Assembly: GCA_964586945.1 (NCBI GenBank)
Contig: CAZPJQ010000002.1
Location: 1-50,359, forward strand
Length of the DNA stretch: 50,359 bases
Direction of reading: 5' to 3'
Origin: an uncultured Candidatus Poseidoniales archaeon
GTDB taxonomy: Archaea; Thermoplasmatota; Poseidoniia; Poseidoniales; Thalassarchaeaceae
Shown one piece after another: positions 17,490 through 26,372 of the stretch (position 1 is the first letter of the stretch; each line of letters begins with the position of its first letter). The notes beneath the pieces were generated by a model that searched no databases, was not told the origin of the DNA, and saw only the letters and a program-made list of their open reading frames with translations. The position numbers and the translations under genes are program-made.

Positions 17490-18332
17490 TCATCCCCTCA
17501 TTTCTGTGATCAAAACACTCAGTGCCTTGCGTAGATTTTCGATGTCGTCGAACTGTTCGGTGAGATTTCCCGTTACGACATAATCCGCTCCGGCCTCTAC
17601 CGCAGCGCGCGCGGACTGGCCGTCCCTAATTCCCCCACCAACGATGAGAACCAATTTCTCCGACGCATTCCTTGCCGCTTGAATCAATCTGGTGGAAACC
17701 GGTGTTTCTGCCCCACTACCCGCTTCAAGATAGAGAAGAGAAAAACCGTACGCCTCGGCACATACCGCATACGCTGCTGCAAGTTCCTCATCATCTACTT
17801 GTAGAAGGTCAGCTCTGCCAACCTCACCGACCTTACCACCTGGAGCACATATGACATAACCCATCGAAAGTGGTGTCACTCCTGCCTCCTTGATGTAAGG
17901 GGCGCCCATCACCTGTTCGCCAACAAGAAATTGACGCTCTCTACTATTCATGAGCATCATGAAAGTGATACCATCTGCAGCAGAGGAAAGCGCGTGGGCA
18001 CCTGCGGGAAAGAGAACCACAGGGACCTTCCAATCATCTTCAGACATGCCTGCATCCTGACTTGCATTCCAGGAACAAAGTTCGAGTGCTTCTTGGATTG
18101 ACTCCACAGTGGCATGGACATTATCTCCATCCGTTCCTGTTGAGCCGCCAACAAACACCATTCGACTCCCGGCACTGACCGCAGCTACGGCTCGCTTAGC
18201 AGCATCTTCGTGACTCTGTAAATTAGGGTCAATGAGAATCACATGGCCGGCGCCACGACTACTATCTCGCACATATGACAACAAGTCTAGGTGTGAAGAT
18301 GGACGCATGGCCACCCGAAGTGGAGCCGGCAT
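17490..18332 (-). CDS. geranylgeranylglyceryl phosphate synthase (PcrB/GGGPS family)
   Basis: VILIDPN, VFVGGSTG and LIVGGGIRDGQSARAAVEAGADYVVTGN are the TIM-barrel GGGPS/PcrB signatures. Confidence 0.85.
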   Translation of the reverse strand: MPAPLRVAMRPSSHLDLLSYVRDSSRGAGHVILIDPNLQSHEDAAKRAVAAVSAGSRMVFVGGSTGTDGDNVHATVESIQEALELCSWNASQDAGMSEDDWKVPVVLFPAGAHALSSAADGITFMMLMNSRERQFLVGEQVMGAPYIKEAGVTPLSMGYVICAPGGKVGEVGRADLLQVDDEELAAAYAVCAEAYGFSLLYLEAGSGAETPVSTRLIQAARNASEKLVLIVGGGIRDGQSARAAVEAGADYVVTGNLTEQFDDIENLRKALSVLITEMRG

Positions 18333-18345
18333 TTGGATTGTCTCA

Positions 18346-18981
18346 TCAAAATGAATTGGTTAATTCATCAAATAACACTACTGCGCGTGTTAGAGAGCCG
18401 TCGATTGTAGTAGTTTCAAAAGAGGAAAAATTAGTCTCAATCAATTCGATGAAAATATCCGTAGTGGACATCTGTGAGGGATTTTGGATCCAAGTCTCCC
18501 ATGTACCATCATCCCGAGGCCATCCTCCAACCACTTCACGAGAGGTTACCATTCCAGTCCAAGAATGGTTTCCAGGTTCATGTTCTGGAACATTAATGAT
18601 GAAATCTCCTTCCCAATGCGTAGAACCCCCTGCACCTTGTAATTTCAAACTGACTTCTTCACTCTTCTCAACTCGAGTTCGGAGAAGTATGGAAGCACCT
18701 TTTTCGACAAGCGAGAGTGAAATATTCTTCTCCAACCAGGCACGACGGAAAGAAACTGAACCATCATCGAGTGAATGGCCTACTTCCTGAATTGAAATGC
18801 CCCAATCTTGGAAGTATGATTTCCAAAGATTTGAATCGTATAGAATTCCAGGAGATTTACAGGGAAATCCAATCTCAGCTCGTTCTTCAATTACTGTGAC
18901 ATCAACAATATGATCAGAATCAAGAAACATGTGAGCTAATGCGAGGCCGGTAAGATTCCCGCCGATGATGGCTATTCGCAT
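18346..18981 (-). CDS. short FAD/NAD(P)-binding-like protein, about half the length of a geranylgeranyl reductase (hypothetical)
   Basis: N-terminal dinucleotide-fold-like MRIAIIGGNLTGLALAHMF...VTVIEER. It is only 211 aa and markedly AT-richer than its neighbours. GAGGT lies 8 nt upstream of the ATG. It sits between the ferredoxin and GGGPS genes with 9-nt and 13-nt gaps. Confidence 0.5.
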   Translation of the reverse strand: MRIAIIGGNLTGLALAHMFLDSDHIVDVTVIEERAEIGFPCKSPGILYDSNLWKSYFQDWGISIQEVGHSLDDGSVSFRRAWLEKNISLSLVEKGASILLRTRVEKSEEVSLKLQGAGGSTHWEGDFIINVPEHEPGNHSWTGMVTSREVVGGWPRDDGTWETWIQNPSQMSTTDIFIELIETNFSSFETTTIDGSLTRAVVLFDELTNSF

Positions 18982-18990
18982 ATCAAAACC

Positions 18991-19251
18991 TCAAGATTTT
19001 GCAGCCACGATATCCAAAGCGAAAACAGGACAAGCTGGAATGCATATCTCACAATGTGTACAAGTTGGCTCATCTACGATGACCAACCAACCTTCGAGTA
19101 TGAGAGCATCAACAGGACAGAGAGCGACACACGCGGCGCAACCGTAGCAACGATCCTCGTCGACAACGAACACCGCCCCTGCTTTTCGGCCCATGACAAC
19201 CGATGGGGTGGTCCACTTCAATGAGCCGACCACCCACCCCCTCTTTTCCAC
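18991..19251 (-). CDS. 2x[4Fe-4S] ferredoxin
   Basis: Two CxxCxxCxxxCP motifs: CYGCAACVALCP and CTHCEICIPACP. The track start at 19251 is GTG; an internal ATG at 19194 would give a typical 67-aa ferredoxin. Confidence 0.85.
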   Translation of the reverse strand: MEKRGWVVGSLKWTTPSVVMGRKAGAVFVVDEDRCYGCAACVALCPVDALILEGWLVIVDEPTCTHCEICIPACPVFALDIVAAKS

Positions 19252-19256
19252 TGGAA
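19242..19256. promoter_or_regulatory. copy 1 of a 15-bp direct repeat containing the 11-bp palindrome TTCCAcTGGAA
   Basis: TCTTTTCCACTGGAA overlaps the GTG start of the ferredoxin ORF. An identical copy lies 153 bp away in the same divergent intergenic region. Confidence 0.3.
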
Positions 19257-19394
19257 CTAACGAATAAAATCAGCAATGGTGGCAAGATGATGAAAATAGC
19301 AGCATCAGCAATGGATGTTCAAGTTGAAGCGCGGGACGAACATAAACATTGACGGACAAGAATCAAATTTAATTGAGGTAAACTCCTATCGAAT

Positions 19395-19409
19395 TCTTTT
19401 CCACTGGAA
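19395..19409. promoter_or_regulatory. copy 2 of the 15-bp repeat / palindrome TTCCAcTGGAA
   Basis: TCTTTTCCACTGGAA lies 38-68 nt upstream of the candidate starts of the beta-CASP gene. A half-site-like GGTTCCACT follows at about 19418. Confidence 0.3.
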
Positions 19410-19446
19410 GTAGAGGGGTTCCACTCTTCCTTCTCCGAAAGTTGAT

Positions 19447-20793
19447 TTGAGTCACCCGCGAGCCACACTTGTTCCCATGGTCCTCTACACTCCAGGTTCC
19501 ACTACGAGTTATGATGATTCACCGATAGATGGGGATTCACTTCGTTACCATTTCCTTGGCGGTGGAGAAGAAGTTGGCAATGTCGGTTGTATTCTCGAGG
19601 ACACCACTGGAACTAGGATCCAAATTGACTATGGCTTCGTCCCTTCTAATCCCCCTCGTTATCCAGATGAAGGTCCTTCAGTGGATGACGCTATTCTCAC
19701 CCATTCCCACATTGACCATGTTGGACTCGCCCCTTGGCTAGTTGCCTCTCACGGCACCACTCTGCACTGCACCAAACTTGTCGCTGACCTCCTCGAGATG
19801 ATTTGGCGTGATACCTACAAGGTCAGCTCAATCGAAAGACAACCACTCCCTTGGGATAAACGCGATTTGGAAGAGGCTCTTGACCACTTAGTGGTTCATC
19901 CATTCGATGAGTGGGTCGAGATTGGAGCCTGGCGATGGCGGTTTTTGCGTGCTGGTCACATACCAGGGGCGGCAATGGTAGAAATTGAGACCCCGAGCCG
20001 ACGCATTCTCTGGTCTGGTGATTTTGATACTCGCGACTCCCCATGTGTGAAGGGAGCTATACCGATCAAGGCAGATACCCTGTTTTTGGAATCAACCTAT
20101 GGTGGAAGAGAGCAACCCGAACGTGAAGTAGAGGTGGAGCGCTTCATCGAGCGTGTCGTGGAAGTTGTTGAGCGAGGTGGAACATGTCTGATACCGGCCT
20201 TTGCAAATGGACGTGGTCAAGACATTCTTCTGATGCTCTGGCGCAGTGGGTTGGACTTGGATGTCCACTATGATGGGATGGGGAAGAAAATCATGGAACA
20301 TTATCTCCGTAATGGGGAATTCCTAGCTGACGCCGATGCTATGGCCAAGGTGAAGCGTTGGTGCAGGAGAGTAAGTAGTAAATCGGATCGCAAGAAGGCG
20401 TTGGACGCTGATGTCATCGTGACCACTAGTGGGATGCTCGATGGAGGCCCTGCACATTGGTATCTCAACAGACTTCGCCACGACCAGCGCAACGCAATCC
20501 TACTCACTGGGTATCAGGCCGAAGGAAGCGGTGGAAGGATGTTGCAAGATGACAATCGCATGCTAATATTCGGTAAGATGGCGGACATCAACCTAGAAGT
20601 CGACCAATTCTCTTTCTCGAACCACGCCGACCATCCTCTGTTGGTATCTTTTGCTCAAGATGTTTCGGCCAAAGACATAATCCTCTTTCATGGGGACAGG
20701 GATGATGCTCAACCAGCACTCTCCAAAGCGCTTTCAGAAGTTGGATTGAGAGTTCACATGCCGGAGAATGGGCATTCCTATCTTCTCTCTTGA
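19447..20793 (+). CDS. metallo-beta-lactamase / beta-CASP ribonuclease (aCPSF2-like, no KH domains)
   Basis: HSHIDHVG (HxHxDH), GHIPGAA, SGDFD, ESTYGGRE, LIPAFANGRGQD and FSNHADH give the full MBL plus beta-CASP motif set. The track start is TTG; an ATG at 19477 is an alternative. Confidence 0.85.
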   Translation: MSHPRATLVPMVLYTPGSTTSYDDSPIDGDSLRYHFLGGGEEVGNVGCILEDTTGTRIQIDYGFVPSNPPRYPDEGPSVDDAILTHSHIDHVGLAPWLVASHGTTLHCTKLVADLLEMIWRDTYKVSSIERQPLPWDKRDLEEALDHLVVHPFDEWVEIGAWRWRFLRAGHIPGAAMVEIETPSRRILWSGDFDTRDSPCVKGAIPIKADTLFLESTYGGREQPEREVEVERFIERVVEVVERGGTCLIPAFANGRGQDILLMLWRSGLDLDVHYDGMGKKIMEHYLRNGEFLADADAMAKVKRWCRRVSSKSDRKKALDADVIVTTSGMLDGGPAHWYLNRLRHDQRNAILLTGYQAEGSGGRMLQDDNRMLIFGKMADINLEVDQFSFSNHADHPLLVSFAQDVSAKDIILFHGDRDDAQPALSKALSEVGLRVHMPENGHSYLLS

Positions 20794-20856
20794 ATCAACA
20801 ACATCTAGTTAGCCCAACCGTCTAATAGGGTGGCTTAGGTGGCCACTTCGTTAGAC

Positions 20857-21159
20857 ATGGCGAAGAAACCTCTCAAGAAGAAGGCGGGTGGCAAGAAGCG
20901 CCGCCGAAGGAAGTTGAAGTTGACTCTCAGAAGCAAGGGAATCAAAGGTAAGACTGACTATCACGACAAGGTCGGCTGGTCCACTGATGACGCTGGACAT
21001 GTGTTGGGTGATGAGGATAAATCTACTGAGCCTAAAGAAATCGAGCACCAATGTTCGATGTGTGGGAGTATGATGCGCATCCCACGCCCCAAACGGGAAC
21101 ACTACAAGGTGGTCTGCGCTCACCCTGAATGTGGGCACGAGGATGAAGGCGGCGCCTGA
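20857..21159 (+). CDS. small basic protein with C-terminal zinc ribbon (hypothetical)
   Basis: Lys/Arg-rich N-terminus KKPLKKKAGGKKRRRRKLKL, then CSMCGSMM...VVCAHPECGH (CxxC...CxxxxC). I took the ATG at 20857; the track start at 20839 is GTG. Confidence 0.5.
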   Translation: MAKKPLKKKAGGKKRRRRKLKLTLRSKGIKGKTDYHDKVGWSTDDAGHVLGDEDKSTEPKEIEHQCSMCGSMMRIPRPKREHYKVVCAHPECGHEDEGGA

Positions 21160-21192
21160 AGCGGCACACCTCGATATGTCTAGAGGTCACAG

Positions 21193-21966
21193 TCAGACCA
21201 TCTCGAGCAACCGCTTCACTGCGGCTATGACTAAAACGGCAACCAGTAATTTTTTGACCAGTTGTTGAGGGGCGATATCAGAACCATAACGAGAACCCAG
21301 TAGTCCACCGATGAGAACGACCAAGGTGAACGGCGCCAACACCAGGATGTCAAGATCGAGTTGCCTCGACAGTCCTGCACCGACCAGTCCAGCCATTGAG
21401 TTCACCCAGATGAAGAGGGCTGCTGTTGCAGCTGCTACCTTCGGTGTTGCCCATCTTTTGAGAAGTAGCACGGGAGAGAGGAAGATTCCACCCCCGACAC
21501 CGACGATTCCACTCACAAGACCGATGACTCCTCCAACCGGGAGGGCACTCTTCAGTTCGACTGGTTCAAGAGAATCCTCAGGAATATCGGACTTCACCCA
21601 AAACAGGCGCCATGCAGCCCACAGAAGAGCGATAGAGAGGAGGACATCATATGCGCCCCCATCAACTATCAGGTATCCTCCTAGCAGAGCGAACGGAATG
21701 CTTGCAGCGATGAAGGGGAAAGTCAGTTTGGGATTGTGGTGGCCTGATTTTCGGTAGTGATAGAAAGCGATGGACGCGACTACCAGATTGAGACACCAGA
21801 CCTGTTGTTTCAACCACGAACTCTCCATCACTCCGTAGGAGGTCAGAGAGAGAATGGCGAGATAACCAGATGCCCCACCATGGCCTACACTCGAGTAGAG
21901 AGTCGCCACCAACAATAGCCCGATGAGTATCAGGAGGAATTCAACATTCACTGGAGTCTCACCCAC
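21193..21966 (-). CDS. TauE/SafE (TSUP, DUF81) family anion exporter
   Basis: An 8-TM, internally duplicated protein with VGHGGASGYLAILSL and VGGGIFLSPVLLL motifs. Confidence 0.8.
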   Translation of the reverse strand: MGETPVNVEFLLILIGLLLVATLYSSVGHGGASGYLAILSLTSYGVMESSWLKQQVWCLNLVVASIAFYHYRKSGHHNPKLTFPFIAASIPFALLGGYLIVDGGAYDVLLSIALLWAAWRLFWVKSDIPEDSLEPVELKSALPVGGVIGLVSGIVGVGGGIFLSPVLLLKRWATPKVAAATAALFIWVNSMAGLVGAGLSRQLDLDILVLAPFTLVVLIGGLLGSRYGSDIAPQQLVKKLLVAVLVIAAVKRLLEMV

Positions 21967-22025
21967 CCATCTTGCTTATCATAGATTTGCGACGGTATCA
22001 AGCGAGCATCCACCATCGGGCGCTC

Positions 22026-23243
22026 ATGGAGAAAGGTGTGACCATCGAAAGGGCCCTCGAACTATCTCTGCCTTACACCTTCACACCAGACAATGAGACA
22101 ATCCCCCTCACCGAGGCACATGGGCGCATACTCGCAGTTCCGTTGGCTTCCAAAGTTGACGATCCGGGGTTCGACAATTCAGCGATGGACGGATGGGCGG
22201 TCAGGGCGGTCGATGTTTCTGTTGATGGCGGGCCTACATCGTTGCGAATCGTGGGCACAAGTCAGGCTGGTGGCGGGGTATCTCTGCCAACAGTAGGCTC
22301 TGGCGAAGCGTGTAGGATCATGACGGGGGCCCCTATACCAGAGGGTGCGGATGCGATTGTGATGGTCGAGGATTCCGAGTTGGAGGGGGAATGCGTGTCA
22401 ATAACAGGAATCGCAAGACCCCATTACATTCGTCGGCGTGGCGAGAATTTCACGACCGGCGAAGAGATTCTTCCCCCCGGCTCCTTGCTGACCCCGGCGC
22501 GTCTAGCGCTTGCCGGGGCGATGGGGCACGGTGAAGTGGCGGTCTTGTCCCCTCCGACGATTGCAATCATTGGCACCGGCGACGAGTTGGTTGTGCCAGG
22601 CCAACCACTTAGTGAGGGACAGCTCTACGAATCGAATACCACTGCGTTGGCAGGTTTAGTGCGTGCATTGGGTTGTGAACCCGTCATTTTTCCACTCATC
22701 ACAGATTCACTCTCTCAACTTCGTGAGACCTTAGATGTGGCAACTTCGAGTTGTGATGCCATCATCACCAGCGGAGGAGTCAGCATGGGGGAATGGGATT
22801 TGGTACGCAAGATCATGGAAGAGGAGGGTGAGATGATATTTTGGCGAATGCGAATTAGGCCGGGCGGCCCGCCACTCTTCGGAACTTGGGCTGGGACCCC
22901 CCTGTTCGGTCTTCCGGGGAATCCAGTCAGCAGCCAAGTGGTGTTTCTGACATTGGTCGCACCCTGGCTGTCCAGTGCCTGTTCACACGACTCTAACTTC
23001 GGTCCGAAGTTGTACGACAAGGTTCGTGTGCGCCTTCTCTCATCAGTCAGGTGTGCTAAAGGAAAAGTAGCGCTTCAACGAATCTTGATCACTACCGAAG
23101 GAGATGAGCTGGTCGCTTCCACCCCCTCCCACCAAGGAAGTGGAAACCTGCTGAGCATGGTGGCGGGCAACGGATTGACTCTACTCCCACCCGATGTCGA
23201 TGGAGAAGCGGGCGAAGTCATCGACGCGTTTTGGTTCAGATGA
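22026..23243 (+). CDS. moeA: molybdopterin molybdenumtransferase MoeA
   Basis: AMDGWAVRA, IMTGAPIPEGADAIVMVE, ITSGGVSMGEWDLV and GLPGNPVSSQVVF. I used the ATG at 22026 (MEKGVTIERAL); the track start at 21972 is TTG. Confidence 0.9.
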   Translation: MEKGVTIERALELSLPYTFTPDNETIPLTEAHGRILAVPLASKVDDPGFDNSAMDGWAVRAVDVSVDGGPTSLRIVGTSQAGGGVSLPTVGSGEACRIMTGAPIPEGADAIVMVEDSELEGECVSITGIARPHYIRRRGENFTTGEEILPPGSLLTPARLALAGAMGHGEVAVLSPPTIAIIGTGDELVVPGQPLSEGQLYESNTTALAGLVRALGCEPVIFPLITDSLSQLRETLDVATSSCDAIITSGGVSMGEWDLVRKIMEEEGEMIFWRMRIRPGGPPLFGTWAGTPLFGLPGNPVSSQVVFLTLVAPWLSSACSHDSNFGPKLYDKVRVRLLSSVRCAKGKVALQRILITTEGDELVASTPSHQGSGNLLSMVAGNGLTLLPPDVDGEAGEVIDAFWFR

Positions 23244-23316
23244 GCGTTTGACACTCTCTCCAAGCATCAATTCAAGAACAGCGGAGGCGCGACCCCACTC
23301 ATACGAGGGGTTTGAG

Positions 23317-26298
23317 GTGGAACAGAACGGCAGTCAACTTCCCCGAGACGAAGGATGGATTGTGGTAAAGGGTGCTCGCACACACAACCTGCAGGACATC
23401 GATGTCAACATCCCACGCGGTCGCTTCGTAGTCATCTCTGGAGTTTCTGGCTCCGGCAAGTCGAGTCTTGCCTTCGACACACTCTACGCAGAGGGACAGC
23501 GGCGCTATGTGGAATCCCTCTCCTCCTATGCCAGACAGTTCCTCGGACAGATGAAAAAGCCGGATTGCGACTCTATCGAAGGTCTCTCACCAGCGATTTC
23601 CATCGACCAGAAACAGGGCTCTCACAACCCTCGTTCCACAGTTGCCACTACCACAGAGATCCAAGATTACCTCAGGCTTCTCTATGCTCGGGTTGGTCAG
23701 CCCCATTGCCCTGAATGTGGTGACGAGGTAGCTAGGCGAACGGTGCAGGAAATAGTCGATGATGCCGTTTGGCGGTTGGAGGAACACGCGGTTTCCGTTT
23801 GGTCCCCAGTAGTTCGTAACAGAAAGGGAACCCATGCCGACCTGTTCAGCCATTTGGCCGAACAGGGTTACCTGCATGGCAAGGTGAACGGCCGCGAGGT
23901 CGAGTTTGACAATCCACCAGAGTTGGAGAAGAATCTGCGCCACGACATCGATGTTCGTGTTGACCGGATGAAGTTGAGAAAGTCAGCGAGGCAACGGTTG
24001 ACAGAAGCCGTCGAAGCGGGTCTGTTACTCGGCGGGGGGGCCGTCGCGTTGGAGAGTTTGGAAGGCCCAGACAAGGATATTGAGTTGCAAGAAGGCTCCC
24101 TTTCTCGTGAAACTGAAGTCGGCGAGGCAATAGCCTACTCCGAGGAGTTCGCATGCCCCACTCACGGAGCGTTCATGCCCGAAATGACCCCACGAGTATT
24201 CTCTTTCAACAATCCGTTGGGTGCTTGCCCGTCATGTCACGGCCTTGGTGTCAACCGCGCGTTCTCTCCGCATCTCGTGATTAACGAGGGGCGCTCCGTG
24301 GAGGAGGGTTGTATCCGACCGTTCCAATCCTCGATGATGGCTGGTTGGTATCGAAGTCAGATGCGGCAGGTGTGTGAACACTACGGAATCCCTGTCGACA
24401 CATCATTCAACGAATTGGATGATGACTCCCGAGATATTCTGTTGCACGGCTCCGGTTCCACTGACATTCGCTTCGTGTTTGAAAGCCAGAAAGGCTCGAC
24501 ATACCATATGGTGAAGCCGTGGGAAGGAGTTTTCAAGCGGTTGAAGCGGACCTATCAGGACACTCAGAGTGACCGGACTAGAAACCGGCTTCATTCGTTC
24601 ATGACTGATGAGCAGTGTCCCGATTGTGAAGGTGACAAACTCAATCCTGCGGTCCGCGCTGTCACGGTCGGAGAGGTATCGCTTCCACAACTTTCGAGTT
24701 GCAGTGTGCTCGAATCACTCGCAGTAGTCCAAACTTGGAGGCTGGGCAATCCTCTCTCTGAGACTTGGGAGAAGGTTGGCCGTGAGCCACCCAGCGGGCC
24801 GGCGATATCCTCATCCATCCCACTTGTCGGTCGCGACCTCTTCATCGCGAGAGAGGTGCTCAAGGAGATAGAATCTCGACTCCGCTTCCTCGCTCTCGTC
24901 GGTCTTGACTACCTCACACTTGACCGTCGTTCAAACACTCTGTCTGGGGGTGAGAGTCAACGAATCCGCCTCGCCACCCAAATCGGAACCCGGCTGACAG
25001 GGGTTACTTATGTTCTAGACGAGCCGTCGATAGGACTGCACGCCCGCGACAACGCTCGCCTCCTCTCAACCTTGAGGGAATTGTGTGAGATTGGGAACAC
25101 CCTTCTCGTGGTCGAGCACGACGAGGCCACTCTGAGGCAGGCTGACTGGCTGGTCGACTTGGGTCCCGGGGCTGGTAAAAAAGGAGGAAAACTTCTCGTC
25201 AGCGGGCCGTTGGAGGAACTTCTCGGCAATGAGGAGAGTGTAACAGGAGCGTACCTTTCAGGTCGCCGGAAAATCCCCCTTCCATCGAGTAGAATCGAGC
25301 CGAATGGAGAGTGGTTGACCGTTCACGGAGCGGCGTTAAACAACCTCAAGTCAATCAACGCGAAGTTTCCACTCGGCTGCATGGTTGCGGTGACTGGTGT
25401 GTCGGGTTCAGGGAAATCGAGTTTGGTCAGCGACATCTTGGCCCCAGTCCTGCTTAGGGACTTGAACGGTAGCGATTCATCTCCCGGTGCCCACGATAGG
25501 GTGAGTGGAGCCGATGAAATCGACAAGGTCATCGTGATCGACCAGTCACCAATCGGTAGAACTCCGCGTTCCAACGCAGCGACCTACACAGGTGCTTTCG
25601 ATGGCATTCGTCTCCTTTTCTCTGAAACTTCGCTGGCGCGCGAACGAGGCTACAAACCCGGCCACTTCTCATTCAATGTCCGCGGTGGCCGGTGCGAGGC
25701 GTGCAAGGGCGCCGGCGCAGTCAAAATGGAGATGCATTTCCTCGCTGATGTATGGGTCACCTGCGACATTTGCTCAGGGTCCCGTTATACTCGAGAGACT
25801 CTCGAGGTCACCTGGAAGGGCAGGACCATCCACGACATCTTGGAGATGAGTGCCGCCGAAGGTGCGGTGTTCTTCGCCAGCCATCGGAAGATTCACCGAA
25901 TTCTGCAGACGATCGTAGATGTCGGTCTGGGCTATATTAGACTCGGTCAGCCAGCAACTACCCTGTCCGGTGGCGAAGCTCAGCGGGTGAAACTCGCTAC
26001 ACAACTACATCGACCGGCGAATCGCCACACAGTCTACTTGCTCGACGAGCCAACCACCGGCCTCGCTCTCTCTGATGTCCAGCAGCTGATCGAGGTACTA
26101 CACCGTATTCGCTCGAACGGCCACACAGTAATCATCATCGAACATCACATGGATGTCATCAAGTCGGCGGACTGGATTGTCGACCTTGGCCCGGAAGGTG
26201 GTGAGGGGGGCGGGGAGATAGTAGCAGAAGGAACTCCTGAGGAGATTTCCAAACACCCCACATCCCACACCGGGCACCACCTCAAGACCGTGATTTGA
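23317..26298 (+). CDS. uvrA: excinuclease ABC subunit A
   Basis: GARTHNLQDIDVNIPRGRFVVISGVSGSGKSSLAFDTLYAEGQRRYVESLSSYARQFLGQM is near-identical to bacterial UvrA. Two ABC modules and zinc-finger Cys clusters are present. The track start at 23194 overlaps moeA by 50 nt; an in-frame GTG at 23317 preceded by GAGGGG fits the usual UvrA N-terminus better. Confidence 0.93.
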   Translation: MEQNGSQLPRDEGWIVVKGARTHNLQDIDVNIPRGRFVVISGVSGSGKSSLAFDTLYAEGQRRYVESLSSYARQFLGQMKKPDCDSIEGLSPAISIDQKQGSHNPRSTVATTTEIQDYLRLLYARVGQPHCPECGDEVARRTVQEIVDDAVWRLEEHAVSVWSPVVRNRKGTHADLFSHLAEQGYLHGKVNGREVEFDNPPELEKNLRHDIDVRVDRMKLRKSARQRLTEAVEAGLLLGGGAVALESLEGPDKDIELQEGSLSRETEVGEAIAYSEEFACPTHGAFMPEMTPRVFSFNNPLGACPSCHGLGVNRAFSPHLVINEGRSVEEGCIRPFQSSMMAGWYRSQMRQVCEHYGIPVDTSFNELDDDSRDILLHGSGSTDIRFVFESQKGSTYHMVKPWEGVFKRLKRTYQDTQSDRTRNRLHSFMTDEQCPDCEGDKLNPAVRAVTVGEVSLPQLSSCSVLESLAVVQTWRLGNPLSETWEKVGREPPSGPAISSSIPLVGRDLFIAREVLKEIESRLRFLALVGLDYLTLDRRSNTLSGGESQRIRLATQIGTRLTGVTYVLDEPSIGLHARDNARLLSTLRELCEIGNTLLVVEHDEATLRQADWLVDLGPGAGKKGGKLLVSGPLEELLGNEESVTGAYLSGRRKIPLPSSRIEPNGEWLTVHGAALNNLKSINAKFPLGCMVAVTGVSGSGKSSLVSDILAPVLLRDLNGSDSSPGAHDRVSGADEIDKVIVIDQSPIGRTPRSNAATYTGAFDGIRLLFSETSLARERGYKPGHFSFNVRGGRCEACKGAGAVKMEMHFLADVWVTCDICSGSRYTRETLEVTWKGRTIHDILEMSAAEGAVFFASHRKIHRILQTIVDVGLGYIRLGQPATTLSGGEAQRVKLATQLHRPANRHTVYLLDEPTTGLALSDVQQLIEVLHRIRSNGHTVIIIEHHMDVIKSADWIVDLGPEGGEGGGEIVAEGTPEEISKHPTSHTGHHLKTVI

Positions 26299-26372
26299 GG
26301 TTTCATCACATCAGCGGCTTTGGCCGCTGCATTGATGGACGGCCGGCGGGCGCCGTCGGAGTGAGGGATTGG

